The notes under the pieces were generated by a model. It made no database searches and had not been told where the DNA came from. It was given only the letters and a program-made list of their open reading frames with translations. 64,000 bases of DNA from Podarcis erhardii (lineage: Eukaryota), in the NCBI GenBank assembly GCA_964252035.1, contig OZ176215.1. One strand, 5' to 3'. Below are positions 25,001 through 32,406 of this stretch, piece after piece; position 1 is the stretch's first letter; each line of letters starts with the position of its first letter. The position numbers were made by a program, and so were the translations under genes.

Positions 25001-25699
25001 TAACCCGAGGTACCACTGTACTTCTCCCCATAGTACCAGTGTGGTGTAGTGGATAGAGTGTGGGAGACCAGGGTTCAAATTCCTATTTGGCCATGAAGCT
25101 CACTGGGTGACCTTGGGCCAGTCACACACTCTCGGCCTAACCGACCTCACAGGGTTGTTGTGAGGATTACATGGGGAGGAAAAGAACTATGTACACCATC
25201 TTGAACTCCTTGAAGGAGAGATGGGTTATAAATGCAATAATAAGTAAACAGTGGGAAAGGCTGCACTCAGTGATCTGTATGCTTGCCTACTCAGGCTGCT
25301 GTTCTCCAGGTGCTGCTAACAAGCACAACTACCTACTCTTTTTTTCTAAGGTTCTTCAAGCCAGACTTGGCCTGGACAGACCTTCAAATGGAGGATTCAT
25401 TGAAATGGAGGGCAAGTTGGACACATGGCCATTTTCCTTACAGCGTCCAGGGAGCGTTTGCAAGCAAAGCTGAACCACATGTGCATGCTGGGTGGGTGAT
25501 TGTTCTATGATAGTCTCAAACGCAACGCACTCTGCCCATGCTCAGGAGTACTCTTTGTTTTGCTCCCTGCCTATTCCACACAAACTTTTATTTCCAAAAT
25601 GAGAGCCACTTGCAAGCGATCGGAAACGGAGATTAATAATGAGCAGTGCTTGGAACTCACCGCCACTTGATTGCTGGAACAGGAGAACATCTTCTTCAT
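954..25699 (-). CDS. ANKRD35: Ankyrin repeat domain-containing protein 35, complete 13-coding-exon gene (1117 aa)
   Basis: Exons 25661-25699, 18769-18899, 17474-17562, 16752-16816, 13466-13523, 12055-12125, 11471-11577, 10506-10690, 7797-7834, 4443-6794, 3592-3681, 2376-2441, 954-1016 join in frame with GT-AG introns (total 3354 nt). The protein MKKMFSCSSNQVA-VESWNKHDQKLFDAVEKGD...FHLAASKGLTECLTILL...GFMDEEVHAMLLRILRTNDG* matches recalled human ANKRD35 in sequence and exon sizes. Confidence 0.93.
1391..1680 (-). mobile_element. L1-like 3' UTR fragment with poly(A) tail
   Basis: T-run, then tttatt (minus-strand AATAAA), AT-rich body with a gacttccctccactcccc block; boundaries approximate. Confidence 0.5.
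2376..2441 (-). CDS. ANKRD35: ANKRD35 exon 12 (VVQKNHQEIVAIYRTHLLNAAQ)
   Basis: 66 nt, cag acceptor, gtaagc donor; C-terminal motif of the RAI14/UACA/ANKRD35 family. Confidence 0.92.
2907..3147 (-). mobile_element. Tigger/pogo-like MITE copy 2
   Basis: Same family in opposite orientation, TA flanks. Confidence 0.88.
3361..3496. other. Assembly gap (136 N) in ANKRD35 intron 11
   Basis: N run. Confidence 1.
3592..3681 (-). CDS. ANKRD35: ANKRD35 exon 11 (IRKLLKETEKLSSEVLNLRSERARLQLQNE)
   Basis: 90 nt, cag acceptor, gtgagc donor. Confidence 0.92.
4443..6794 (-). CDS. ANKRD35: ANKRD35 exon 10, large coiled-coil exon (784 codons)
   Basis: Open frame inside ORF 4350..6821, cag acceptor, AAG|gtagga donor, E/K/L-rich heptads. 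Confidence 0.93.
7187..7230. repeat. (AAC)n microsatellite
   Basis: Direct reading. Confidence 0.95.
7797..7834 (-). CDS. ANKRD35: ANKRD35 exon 9 (ELGCDYSSETGSQ)
   Basis: 38 nt, ccacag acceptor, gtaaga donor; phase 1->0 is required to join exon 8 to exon 10. Confidence 0.75.
8628..8879 (-). mobile_element. tRNA-head CORE-type SINE with (TTC)n tail
   Basis: Head ccagtgtggtgtagtggttaagagcggtag on minus strand, core aaggtcacccagc; (GAA)n at 8628-8648. Confidence 0.75.
9026..9240 (-). mobile_element. Tigger/pogo-like MITE copy 3
   Basis: TA-CAGTGGTACCTC...GAGGTACCACTG-TA. Confidence 0.9.
10506..10690 (-). CDS. ANKRD35: ANKRD35 exon 8 (TALILACESGSTESAELLLQNEAN...KKWKKK)
   Basis: 185 nt, cag acceptor, gtaag donor, last ankyrin repeats. 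Confidence 0.93.
10721..10930 (+). mobile_element. MIR-like CORE-SINE (many copies, about 1190-1336, 3238-3360, 10081-10230, 23060-23281, 25035-25235, 29340-29512, 35235-35450, 35928-36070, 49330-49440, 56080-56230)
   Basis: Recurrent cagtgtggtgtagtggttagag...gggttcaaatccccactc...ctaacctacctcacagggttgttgtg. Confidence 0.75.
11471..11577 (-). CDS. ANKRD35: ANKRD35 exon 7 (NGRTPLMIAAQGNQPAICSQLLQRGAKVDLIDKDGK)
   Basis: 107 nt, cag acceptor, gtgagt donor. Confidence 0.93.
12055..12125 (-). CDS. ANKRD35: ANKRD35 exon 6 (AISGCASSVLLLCDQEAFLDVMDN)
   Basis: 71 nt, cag acceptor, gtacgt donor. Confidence 0.93.
12330..12730 (+). mobile_element. L2 LINE 3' fragment
   Basis: Translates as ELHWLQIYYWVKFKMLLLAYKMLNSLGPVYL, typical of the L2 ORF2 C-terminus. 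Confidence 0.8.
13128..13263. mobile_element. Palindromic hAT MITE (136 bp)
   Basis: TIR caggcttcctcaacct/aggttgaggaagcctg; degenerate 8-bp TSD agttgaac/ggctgaac. Confidence 0.85.
13466..13523 (-). CDS. ANKRD35: ANKRD35 exon 5 (HGANEDCVDGENRTPLHWA)
   Basis: 58 nt, cag acceptor, gtgagt donor, TPLH motif. Confidence 0.93.
13682..14015 (+). mobile_element. L2 LINE 3' end with (ATC)n tail
   Basis: agggccttctcagtagtggcacccaccctgtggaatgccctccc...gggtataaataataaatt(atc)n. Confidence 0.8.
16408..16720 (-). mobile_element. CR1-clade 3' end family with TTCTTATG-type tail (others about 17140-17290, 38590-38863 +, 50020-50352, 56512-56909, 58242-58590)
   Basis: Shared cataagaagagc-ctgctggatcaggccagtggcccatctagtccagcatcctgttctcacagtggccaaccagatg. 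Confidence 0.75.
16752..16816 (-). CDS. ANKRD35: ANKRD35 exon 4 (GSTALHLSTIACQPQCVKVLLQ)
   Basis: 65 nt, tag acceptor, gtaaat donor, TALH ankyrin motif. Confidence 0.93.
17474..17562 (-). CDS. ANKRD35: ANKRD35 exon 3 (FHLAASKGLTECLTILLSHGADVNDKNDD)
   Basis: 89 nt, ankyrin repeat motif, polypyrimidine-cag acceptor, gtacgt donor. Confidence 0.93.
17636..17781 (+). mobile_element. tRNA-Lys(CTT)-derived SINE with CR1-type 3' tail
   Basis: tagctcagccggaagagcataagactcttgattttagggttgtgggttcgagccccac head fused to ggggttggacaagat...cccttccaactctacaattctatgat. Confidence 0.85.
18769..18899 (-). CDS. ANKRD35: ANKRD35 exon 2 (VESWNKHDQKLFDAVEKGDVGRVSVLASKKTAKATKLNALGQSA)
   Basis: 131 nt, cag acceptor, gtacgt donor, phase 0->2. 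Confidence 0.92.
19175..19249 (-). mobile_element. Tigger/pogo-like MITE, partial copy 4
   Basis: One TIR plus ttcttaacctgaaa sub-repeats, truncated. Confidence 0.75.
19860..20098 (+). mobile_element. Tigger/pogo-like MITE copy 5
   Basis: TIRs and TA flanks. Confidence 0.9.
21693..21828. mobile_element. Palindromic hAT MITE (136 bp)
   Basis: TIR cagtggtggctaaact/agtttggccaccactg; perfect 8-bp TSD ctccaggg. Confidence 0.92.
24571..24649. repeat. Tandem duplication, 42-bp period (37 bp identical)
   Basis: gctgccccacagaaactagcctctgggttggcgaaac twice. Confidence 0.95.
24793..25018 (-). mobile_element. Tigger/pogo-like MITE copy 6
   Basis: TIRs and TA flanks. Confidence 0.9.
25661..25699 (-). 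CDS. ANKRD35: ANKRD35 coding exon 1 (MKKMFSCSSNQVA)
   Basis: gcagccATG start, 39 nt, donor gtgagt. Confidence 0.9.
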
Positions 25700-26059
25700 G
25701 GCTGCTGCAGCAGCTGCTCCTGCTTTCTGCCGTCTCCAAACACGAGTGAGATGAACCACATTCAAACCATCTCCGAGAAGAGGCCCGTGGTCAGGAGGAG
25801 AGGGGTCCGTCTGCTCAGCCCAGGCGCCCGGCCTGGATGAGAGAAGGAGGAACCAGCAGAGACATCCATGGAGCTGGAGCCCCAGAGAAGCTCCTGGCTG
25901 GCTGCTGGAGCCCAAAGAGGTGTCTGGCGGCGTCCAGGGAGCGTTTGCAAGCAAAGCCCTGTCGGCCCGCAGGCCTCACCGCATTAAACCTTGGTGCCCA
26001 CCCCCAGCACACCTGTTTCACAGTCCCAGGTCTGAACTTGCCTGAGAGAGAGAGACGCT

Positions 26060-26120
26060 CTTTGCTAATCTCGCTTGTCTCCTGACTTTAAAAGGACGGA
26101 GGTTCCCGCCCCGCCCTCTC
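26060..26120 (-). promoter_or_regulatory. Candidate ANKRD35 core promoter
   Basis: GC box GGGCGGGGCGGG (26105-26116) followed by TATA-like cTTTTAAAg (26086-26094) in a locally CpG-rich stretch about 390 nt upstream of the ATG. Confidence 0.5.
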
Positions 26121-26648
26121 CCTCGAAATGATGGGCGATTTTTTTCTTCTTCTCACGTTCCGTCACCAAAGAGGCAAAAGCCGGAGCCCTTCAATGATGG
26201 CTTGTTTACCTGTGAGCAACTTGCAAATGACAGAAGCCACCCTTTCTCCAAGGAGCTCAGCTGCGTCAATGAGTTCCCCACTCAGCTCCGCTTCCGTCCG
26301 CACAACAACCCTGCAAGGGAGCCTAAAAGAACAGTGCGTGGCCTAAGGCCGCCTAGCGAGCCTTGCAGCTAAGCTGAAGGGTTTGAATTTGGGCCTTCTC
26401 CACCCTCGTCCAAAATCCTGCTCAGTTTCACTGTGTGTAGATGTTCTCTACCTGTATTTACAGACCTATTTCCCCACTTCCCCACTTCCGATCACTGTCT
26501 CAATTTTTCACTCGGTTTCTTAAAAGACAGGTGCCAGGCCTGTCAGGGAACCAGGCCTTTAGATGAAAACTCAGCCTGCTAATCCCAAACATGTTCCATC
26601 TGCCCATGATCAGAGACACTATTTCCTTTGACTGGTACGATTCCTTCA

Positions 26649-26679
<31 letters not shown>

Positions 26680-26891
26680 TAATTAAATGTGTACACCAGT
26701 GTTCATCCGTAGATCTCAGGGCAGTTCACAGCGTAAAAATACATACATAATAAAACAAGAACAAAGCAAACCAATAACGTCCCCTCCCACAGAGACAAAT
26801 CCTAGCAGGAATAACAATTTCTGAAGTCAAATCCTGGAAAGTAGAATCTCCAAGTTTCTTTTCCTGAGCTGAGCACCTGAATGGCCAAACC

Positions 26892-26973
26892 TGTTGGATT
26901 TCTGCCTGCTATATTTCTATTACTGTACAGGATAGCTTCCTATAATAGAAATATAGCAGGCAGAAATCCAACA
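26892..26973. repeat. Perfect 31-bp inverted repeat with 20-nt spacer
   Basis: tgttggatttctgcctgctatatttctatta / taatagaaatatagcaggcagaaatccaaca. Confidence 0.95.
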
Positions 26974-27189
26974 TGTCTGGCCACTGATTTCTGTGTTTGT
27001 TACATTAGTTACTGGCTTCTCTCTCAGAGTGACCCAAAATGACTTACAGCAAAACCAATTAAGAACATCCAATAAAAATATAAAAGCACAGCTAAGTAGA
27101 TAAATGGATCAGGACTTCCTGATCCCACCCTACTAAAAGAGGCCGTGGAATTAAGGGCCCAAAATCTGCTTGAATATAAAAGTCTCTGC

Positions 27190-27650
27190 CTGGTTCCTAA
27201 AAACAGATAAAGGCAATGCCAAGTGTGCCTTCCAGGAGAGAGTATTCCACAAGTTGGGGGGAGGTCACCACTGATAAGACCCTGTCCTCGTGTTGCCACC
27301 CTATGGCTCTCTCAAGGAGCGGGCACATGGAGATGATGGTCATAGGATCCAGGTTGGTTTGCATGTGGAGAGGTGGTCCTTGAGATCTTGAGCCACATAA
27401 GGCTTTATAGGTCAAAACCAGTACTTCAAACTGAGCCCAGAAACAAATTATTAGCCCGTGCAGTTGTTCCGGGGCTGATGTTATATGTTCAGACTGCCCT
27501 GCTCCAGTCAACAATCTGGCAACCGAACGCTGCAGCAGCTGGATTTTCTGAACCGCCTTCAAAGGCAGCCACATATACAAAGCATCACAGTAGTCCAACT
27601 TAAGGGTTGTCACCCCCAAGCTATATGCCTGCTCCTCAGAGAGAGTGCAA
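27190..27650 (-). mobile_element. L2 LINE ORF2 fragment (others about 7330-7760 -, 42290-42560 -, 50850-51200 +, 58830-58990 +)
   Basis: KLDYCDALYMWLPLKAVQKIQLLQRSVARLLTG...HIT...FEVLVLTYKAL. Confidence 0.8.
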
Positions 27651-27820
27651 CACCCACCAAGAGCAGGACATACCCTATTTGTCTGGTCTAGGGAACGACC
27701 CACTAAAAGTGCCTCTGTCTTCGCTGAATGGTCTGGGCATAGCAATCCAAAACATCTGGCGGACACCAAACTGGCTAGCCTTGGAATAGCCAATAAGCAT
27801 AAGGGGGACCAATGATGACT

Positions 27821-27821
<1 letters not shown>

Positions 27822-27859
<38 letters not shown>
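27822..27859. repeat. (CA)n microsatellite
   Basis: Direct reading. Confidence 0.95.
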
Positions 27860-27861
<2 letters not shown>

Positions 27862-28151
27862 ATTGGACAAACCAGTAAATAATGGGGTAAGTCTTCAGGC
27901 CCATTGCCTCCATGAGGGCCTGGGGGAACCCTGAAGTTTCCAGAAGTTTTTAACACAACACTAAGGGGACAACAACAACTCCTTACCCCAGAACCATCCA
28001 ATGAGGACGGAGCACACTCAGTAGCCACAGACAGGGGGAATGCAAGGGAGAGGGAATAGTGGAGTCCTCTGATTGGCTGGCTGAGACCTAGCACTCTGGC
28101 TAGGAGGAGGATATACTGCAACATTCTGTTGCAGATTGTAATTGTCTAAAG

Positions 28152-28337
28152 CAGAGGTTGTCAGCCTGGTCCCTACTGCCCACTAGTGGGTGTTTCAGGA
28201 TTCTAGGTGGGCGGCAGGGGGTTCTACAGCAGAAGCTGACTCCTCCTTCCATCGAGCACTGGTGGGCGGTAAGGAAATTTTACCATCAAGAAAGATGCAT
28301 TAGTGGGCGGTAGGTATAAAAAGGTTGATTGCCCCTG
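28152..28337. mobile_element. hAT-Charlie-like MITE (186 bp)
   Basis: Imperfect TIRs cagaggttgtcagcct/aggttgattgcccctg; perfect TSD gtctaaag. Confidence 0.88.
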
Positions 28338-28445
28338 GTCTAAAGCTCTGGCAAATTCTGTGCTGAGATCTCAAAAGCCAGCCAGTATGCATCTAAATAT
28401 ATGTGTTAATTTTGCCTTGTGGGGTGAGGCAATGAGCAATGCAGG

Positions 28446-28912
28446 CAGGGCCGTCTTTACCCGGGGGTGCAAGGGGTCCGGGGCACCCAGGTGCCGAATT
28501 CTGGGGGATGCCAGGCGCCCGCAGCTGAAGCCGCCTAAGCTCTTAACTATCTACCTGTTATGAAATAATAAATAATTTTGATCAAGCTAGAAAAACAAAA
28601 TACATATATACATAGGTATTACCGAAATGTATACCTACTGTTTTCCTAAAGGGCTTTTGACTTTGTGCACTCATTTACTAAAGAAGCGCCACACCGCGCC
28701 AGCGGTGGCGCTTGTCATTCATAAAAGCGGTGCTAAATGAACAAATATAAAAGTTTGGTACTTTTCCCTCCCTTCTTTTGTAAACAAGAGATAAGGCATA
28801 AGCGTGGTGTCTGACACAAGCATAATAAAAATTAATTTGGCGGCTAAACTAAATTTGGGGGCGCGGGGCGGATCTTTGCACCCCGGCGGCGCATATGCTA
28901 AAGACTCCCCTG
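28446..28912. mobile_element. Non-autonomous hAT (Tip100-like ends), 467 bp, CpG-rich
   Basis: TIR cagggccgtcttta/taaagactcccctg; perfect TSD aatgcagg. Confidence 0.9.
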
Positions 28913-30670
28913 AATGCAGGGCACTCTTTCTCCTCACTTAATGACTACTTCATTCAGGCACCCCTTGGAGGCTTGAATGTTATGAAAACGCTTCTCCAAT
29001 GCATTTTTCAAGCATGCCTTGCTCGTCACCATAGGGACCAGGAACTTGGTTTTCTTTACTTCTTTTTTTTTAAGCTATTGGGGCTTCTCTGGAAGTCTAA
29101 CCACATGCTGCAGTTTCAGTTGTGGCATATGCACAGCCCGCCCTCCGAAACAAGCACAAAAGCCATCCAACCATCTCCTCCTGGCTGGAATGCACTGGAG
29201 GCGTCTGTGGCAGATTATCTGTCTGGAGCATCACAGCCAGAGGCAATTCTTTCAGCAGAGCTAAATGTCGCAAAGAAAATGGTGAATCAGTTCGCTGCTA
29301 ACACACAACTTGGGTGGCTGGAGGAAGCGTTTGTAGGTTCCAAGATGGTGTACATTATTCTCCCCCTCCTCATTTAATCCCCACAACAACCCTGTGAGGT
29401 AGGTTAGGCTGAGAGGCAGTGACTGAGCTCAAAGCTTCGTGTTGGCCGAGTGAGGATTTGAACCCTGGTCTTTCCTAGGTCCTAGTCCAATGCTTTAACC
29501 GCTACACCACATTTGACGGTGTCTTCAGCGCAGTTCTCATCTTTTCCCTGTATGAGAGGCAATGAAAGCTTCGCCTGACAAAATTCCTCCTACTCACAGC
29601 TACACAAAAGCCTTGGTAGGCTGACCCAATGACAAGTCTCCTCGTTCCATTAGAATATGCTCTTAACCACCAGAAACAACACTGGGCTTAAATTTTGATT
29701 AACGCCCACCCCCAGAAGTGGCGAATCTAAGTCAGCTTCTGAATATCTCACATATGTGAGGGAAACTGAGTCAACTGGCTACTCAGTGGTAGCCCAGAGG
29801 TACTCTGCAGAGACTCAGCTAGGCCCATTCTTCTCTCAGGCGATTTTGTTGCAAGCCCCCCCCCCCCAGCACCCAAGCAGGGCCGAGGAATAATGCGCCT
29901 TTCTCCTTGGGAAGCGGTCTCTCTGCAAAGCCCCTTCGATAAGAGCAGCAGAGGTTTCCCAGAATGCCTTGCTTCTTGTCCAGGGTCCTGCCAGCCATGT
30001 CAGGCCTGACTCAAAGTTCCCTCTGCACCTGCTGCTGGTTTGCATCACAAAGAAAGCTTGGTGTGCCAGAGAAGATAAATAACCGAGCAAAGAGTTCAAA
30101 CAACCCCACGTGAAGAGAGGCCAGGACTTTCTACTCCCCGCCCTCCTCCTCCTCCAAGAGAAACCCTGCCCCACCCCATCTAAATGAGGGGCTGTCCACC
30201 ATCACACAAGGCGTGGTTAGAACATTCTCAGCTCTGCCAATTAATCCTTTTTTCTCATTTCCCCAAGGAAGGAAGGGACAGACACCAGCCTGGATTCGGG
30301 AGAGATAGGCATCGATACCAATGAAGTCCCCTGTTTCTCAAAGGGGAAGACTGAAGGACCCGGGACCTCAACCACTTGCTCTCTTCATCTGCTGTGTCCG
30401 GAAGGTTCTGGAAGAATGGACTTTGGGTTCTTCAAGGCTACTTTTCAAGCTTCCCCGCTGTGCAAACCAACCTTCGCAGCCTAGGAGGATTCGACGGCCG
30501 GCTCTTTTCTGCTCTGGCTATGCAAACAAGCCATGGCAATCAGTCAGAGTTTCGGCAGGTTTTGACGGATGACGTTTTCTCCAGCCGTGAGAGAAGCAGC
30601 ATGTGCCACGCCTGACCGGCGCAAGGGTCCCAGCCACGGCGGCAACGCAGGATTTCAGCCAGTCTCAAAG

Positions 30671-31909
30671 ATGCAGGCAAGCGGACTCTGGGAGCCTGAG
30701 CGGAACAGCAGCCTCGCGGATCCCAGAATTGGGAACTGGTCGTTGATGGGAGGTTTCGACCTTGTGGGGGATGGCAGTGCCTTGACCTCATCGCCAGACA
30801 TCTCGTTTGGCCTGCAAATGTTCATCGCTTTCATCTATTCGGTGGTCTGCTCAGTAGGACTCCTGGGGAATGGGCTCGTGATGTACTTGATCTGGACTCA
30901 CAAGGGCAGGCCCACCCCGGTCATCAACATTTTCGTCTTTGGCTTAGCAGTGGCTGACTTCCAGCTCTCTCTGACACTTCCCTTCTGGGCCACGGAGATC
31001 GCCTTGGACTACAAGTGGCCCTTTGGGCAGGCCATGTGCAAGGCTGTCCCCTCCCTCACCACCCTCAGCGTCCACGCCAACGTGTTCTTGCTGACCGCCA
31101 TGAGTGTCACGCGCTACTGGTCCGTGGCTTCGGCCCTCAAGGACGGGTCGAGGATGACCCCTCGCGTGGCTCAATGCATCACTGTGGCTCTCTGGGCCTT
31201 GGCTCTGGTGGCCACCGTGCCCGTACCAATCTACACGAAAGTGGTGGAATACGGCGGCATGAAACTGTGCTTCTACAAGTTCCCCACCACTCGTCTCTTG
31301 GGCGTCTACCACCTCCAGAAGGTAGTGTTCACCTTCGTGGTCCCACTGGTGGTCATCTTGACCTCTTACCTCCTTCTCCTGAAGCTCCTGAAGGCCCACC
31401 AAGTCCAAGGCAGCAATCTGAACCGGCAGAACCAGGTTGCCACCACCGTCCAGTTGGTGGTCGGATGTTTCTTTGTCTGCTGGCTCCCCAAACAGGCGAT
31501 CACTCTTTGGGGGGCTCTGGTCCAATTCGAAGTGGTGTCCAGGGGCGATGCCTTTTACTTCCTCCACAATTACATCTTCCCCCTGGCTACCTGCTTGGCT
31601 CACAGCAGCAGTTGTCTGAATCCTGTCCTTTACTGCTTGATGCGACAGGAGTTCCGGGAAGCCACAAAGGAGATCTTCCAGAGGCTCTCTTCTGCGGCTT
31701 CTTCCTACCAGTACTTTTCCTCCCGCAAGACTTGGGAGGACGGCGTGTTGGTGGCTCTGCCCCATAGCCCGTCTCGGAACCCCAGCAAGATCTCTCACAG
31801 TGAAGAGAAGGAAGACTCTACCCTCTCCACCATCTTGGAGCCGAGAGCCAAGGAGCCAAACGCAGTCACTGAAATGGAGTTGATCCCCGGAGTAGAAATG
31901 CTCATGTAA
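30671..31909 (+). CDS. RXFP4: Relaxin family peptide/INSL5 receptor 4-like intronless class A GPCR (412 aa; in-frame upstream ATG at 30569 would give 446 aa)
   Basis: Seven hydrophobic segments; GLLGN, LAVAD, TLPFWA, AMSVTRY (family TRY/ARY in place of DRY), CWLP, TLWGALV, TCLAHSxSCLNPVLYCL motifs; N-glycosylation sequons NSS/NWS; tail-to-tail with ARHGEF2 as in mammals. TM3 and TM5 look RXFP3-like, so the RXFP4 call rests partly on TM6/TM7 and synteny. Confidence 0.85.
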   Translation: MQASGLWEPERNSSLADPRIGNWSLMGGFDLVGDGSALTSSPDISFGLQMFIAFIYSVVCSVGLLGNGLVMYLIWTHKGRPTPVINIFVFGLAVADFQLSLTLPFWATEIALDYKWPFGQAMCKAVPSLTTLSVHANVFLLTAMSVTRYWSVASALKDGSRMTPRVAQCITVALWALALVATVPVPIYTKVVEYGGMKLCFYKFPTTRLLGVYHLQKVVFTFVVPLVVILTSYLLLLKLLKAHQVQGSNLNRQNQVATTVQLVVGCFFVCWLPKQAITLWGALVQFEVVSRGDAFYFLHNYIFPLATCLAHSSSCLNPVLYCLMRQEFREATKEIFQRLSSAASSYQYFSSRKTWEDGVLVALPHSPSRNPSKISHSEEKEDSTLSTILEPRAKEPNAVTEMELIPGVEMLM

Positions 31910-32406
31910 CCCTCTGCAAGTTGGAGGAAACACGTGAATTACTGAAGGACCCCAGGGCAAAGATTCCTGGATGCCGAGGAAAACCGGTTCGTGATCACTT
32001 TCTGACCTGACAGAAAAGTTTTGTTATCATAGAACTAGAGGGGACTTCTTTGAGCTGAGGGTCTCCAGAACTGACCCCCCCCATCTGTGACCGATGCTCA
32101 GCCTTGGCACCTGTGAGGCCATAACAGAGCTCCCTTGACCATATGCAGAGGGCGTTTCTTGCTACTATGCATCTGTGGTTAAAAGAAAGGACTTCTATGA
32201 TGGTTAGGCAGGGTTGAGCCCCCCTGCACCTGCCTGCTTAGAACTAATCATTAGAAATGGAGGTCAGAAAGATACCTTGAAATCCCCCCCGGGGTCATCA
32301 TCTGTGGCCAGATTAGTTTTGTCAAATTCCTCATTCTGTAGCATTTCATGTCAGAAATTGGCCAAAGAGATTGTTATGAGTTTGCGAGGGGAGGAAGTAA
32401 GATGAA

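Noticed and set aside
27197-27913. 238-aa ORF as a host gene
   Set aside because: Chimera of a (GT)n microsatellite and a degenerate L2 ORF2 fragment.
30944-31960. 338-aa antisense ORF and 250-aa alternative-frame ORF (31015..31767) over RXFP4
   Set aside because: Expected by-products of GC3-rich coding sequence; no recognisable domain.
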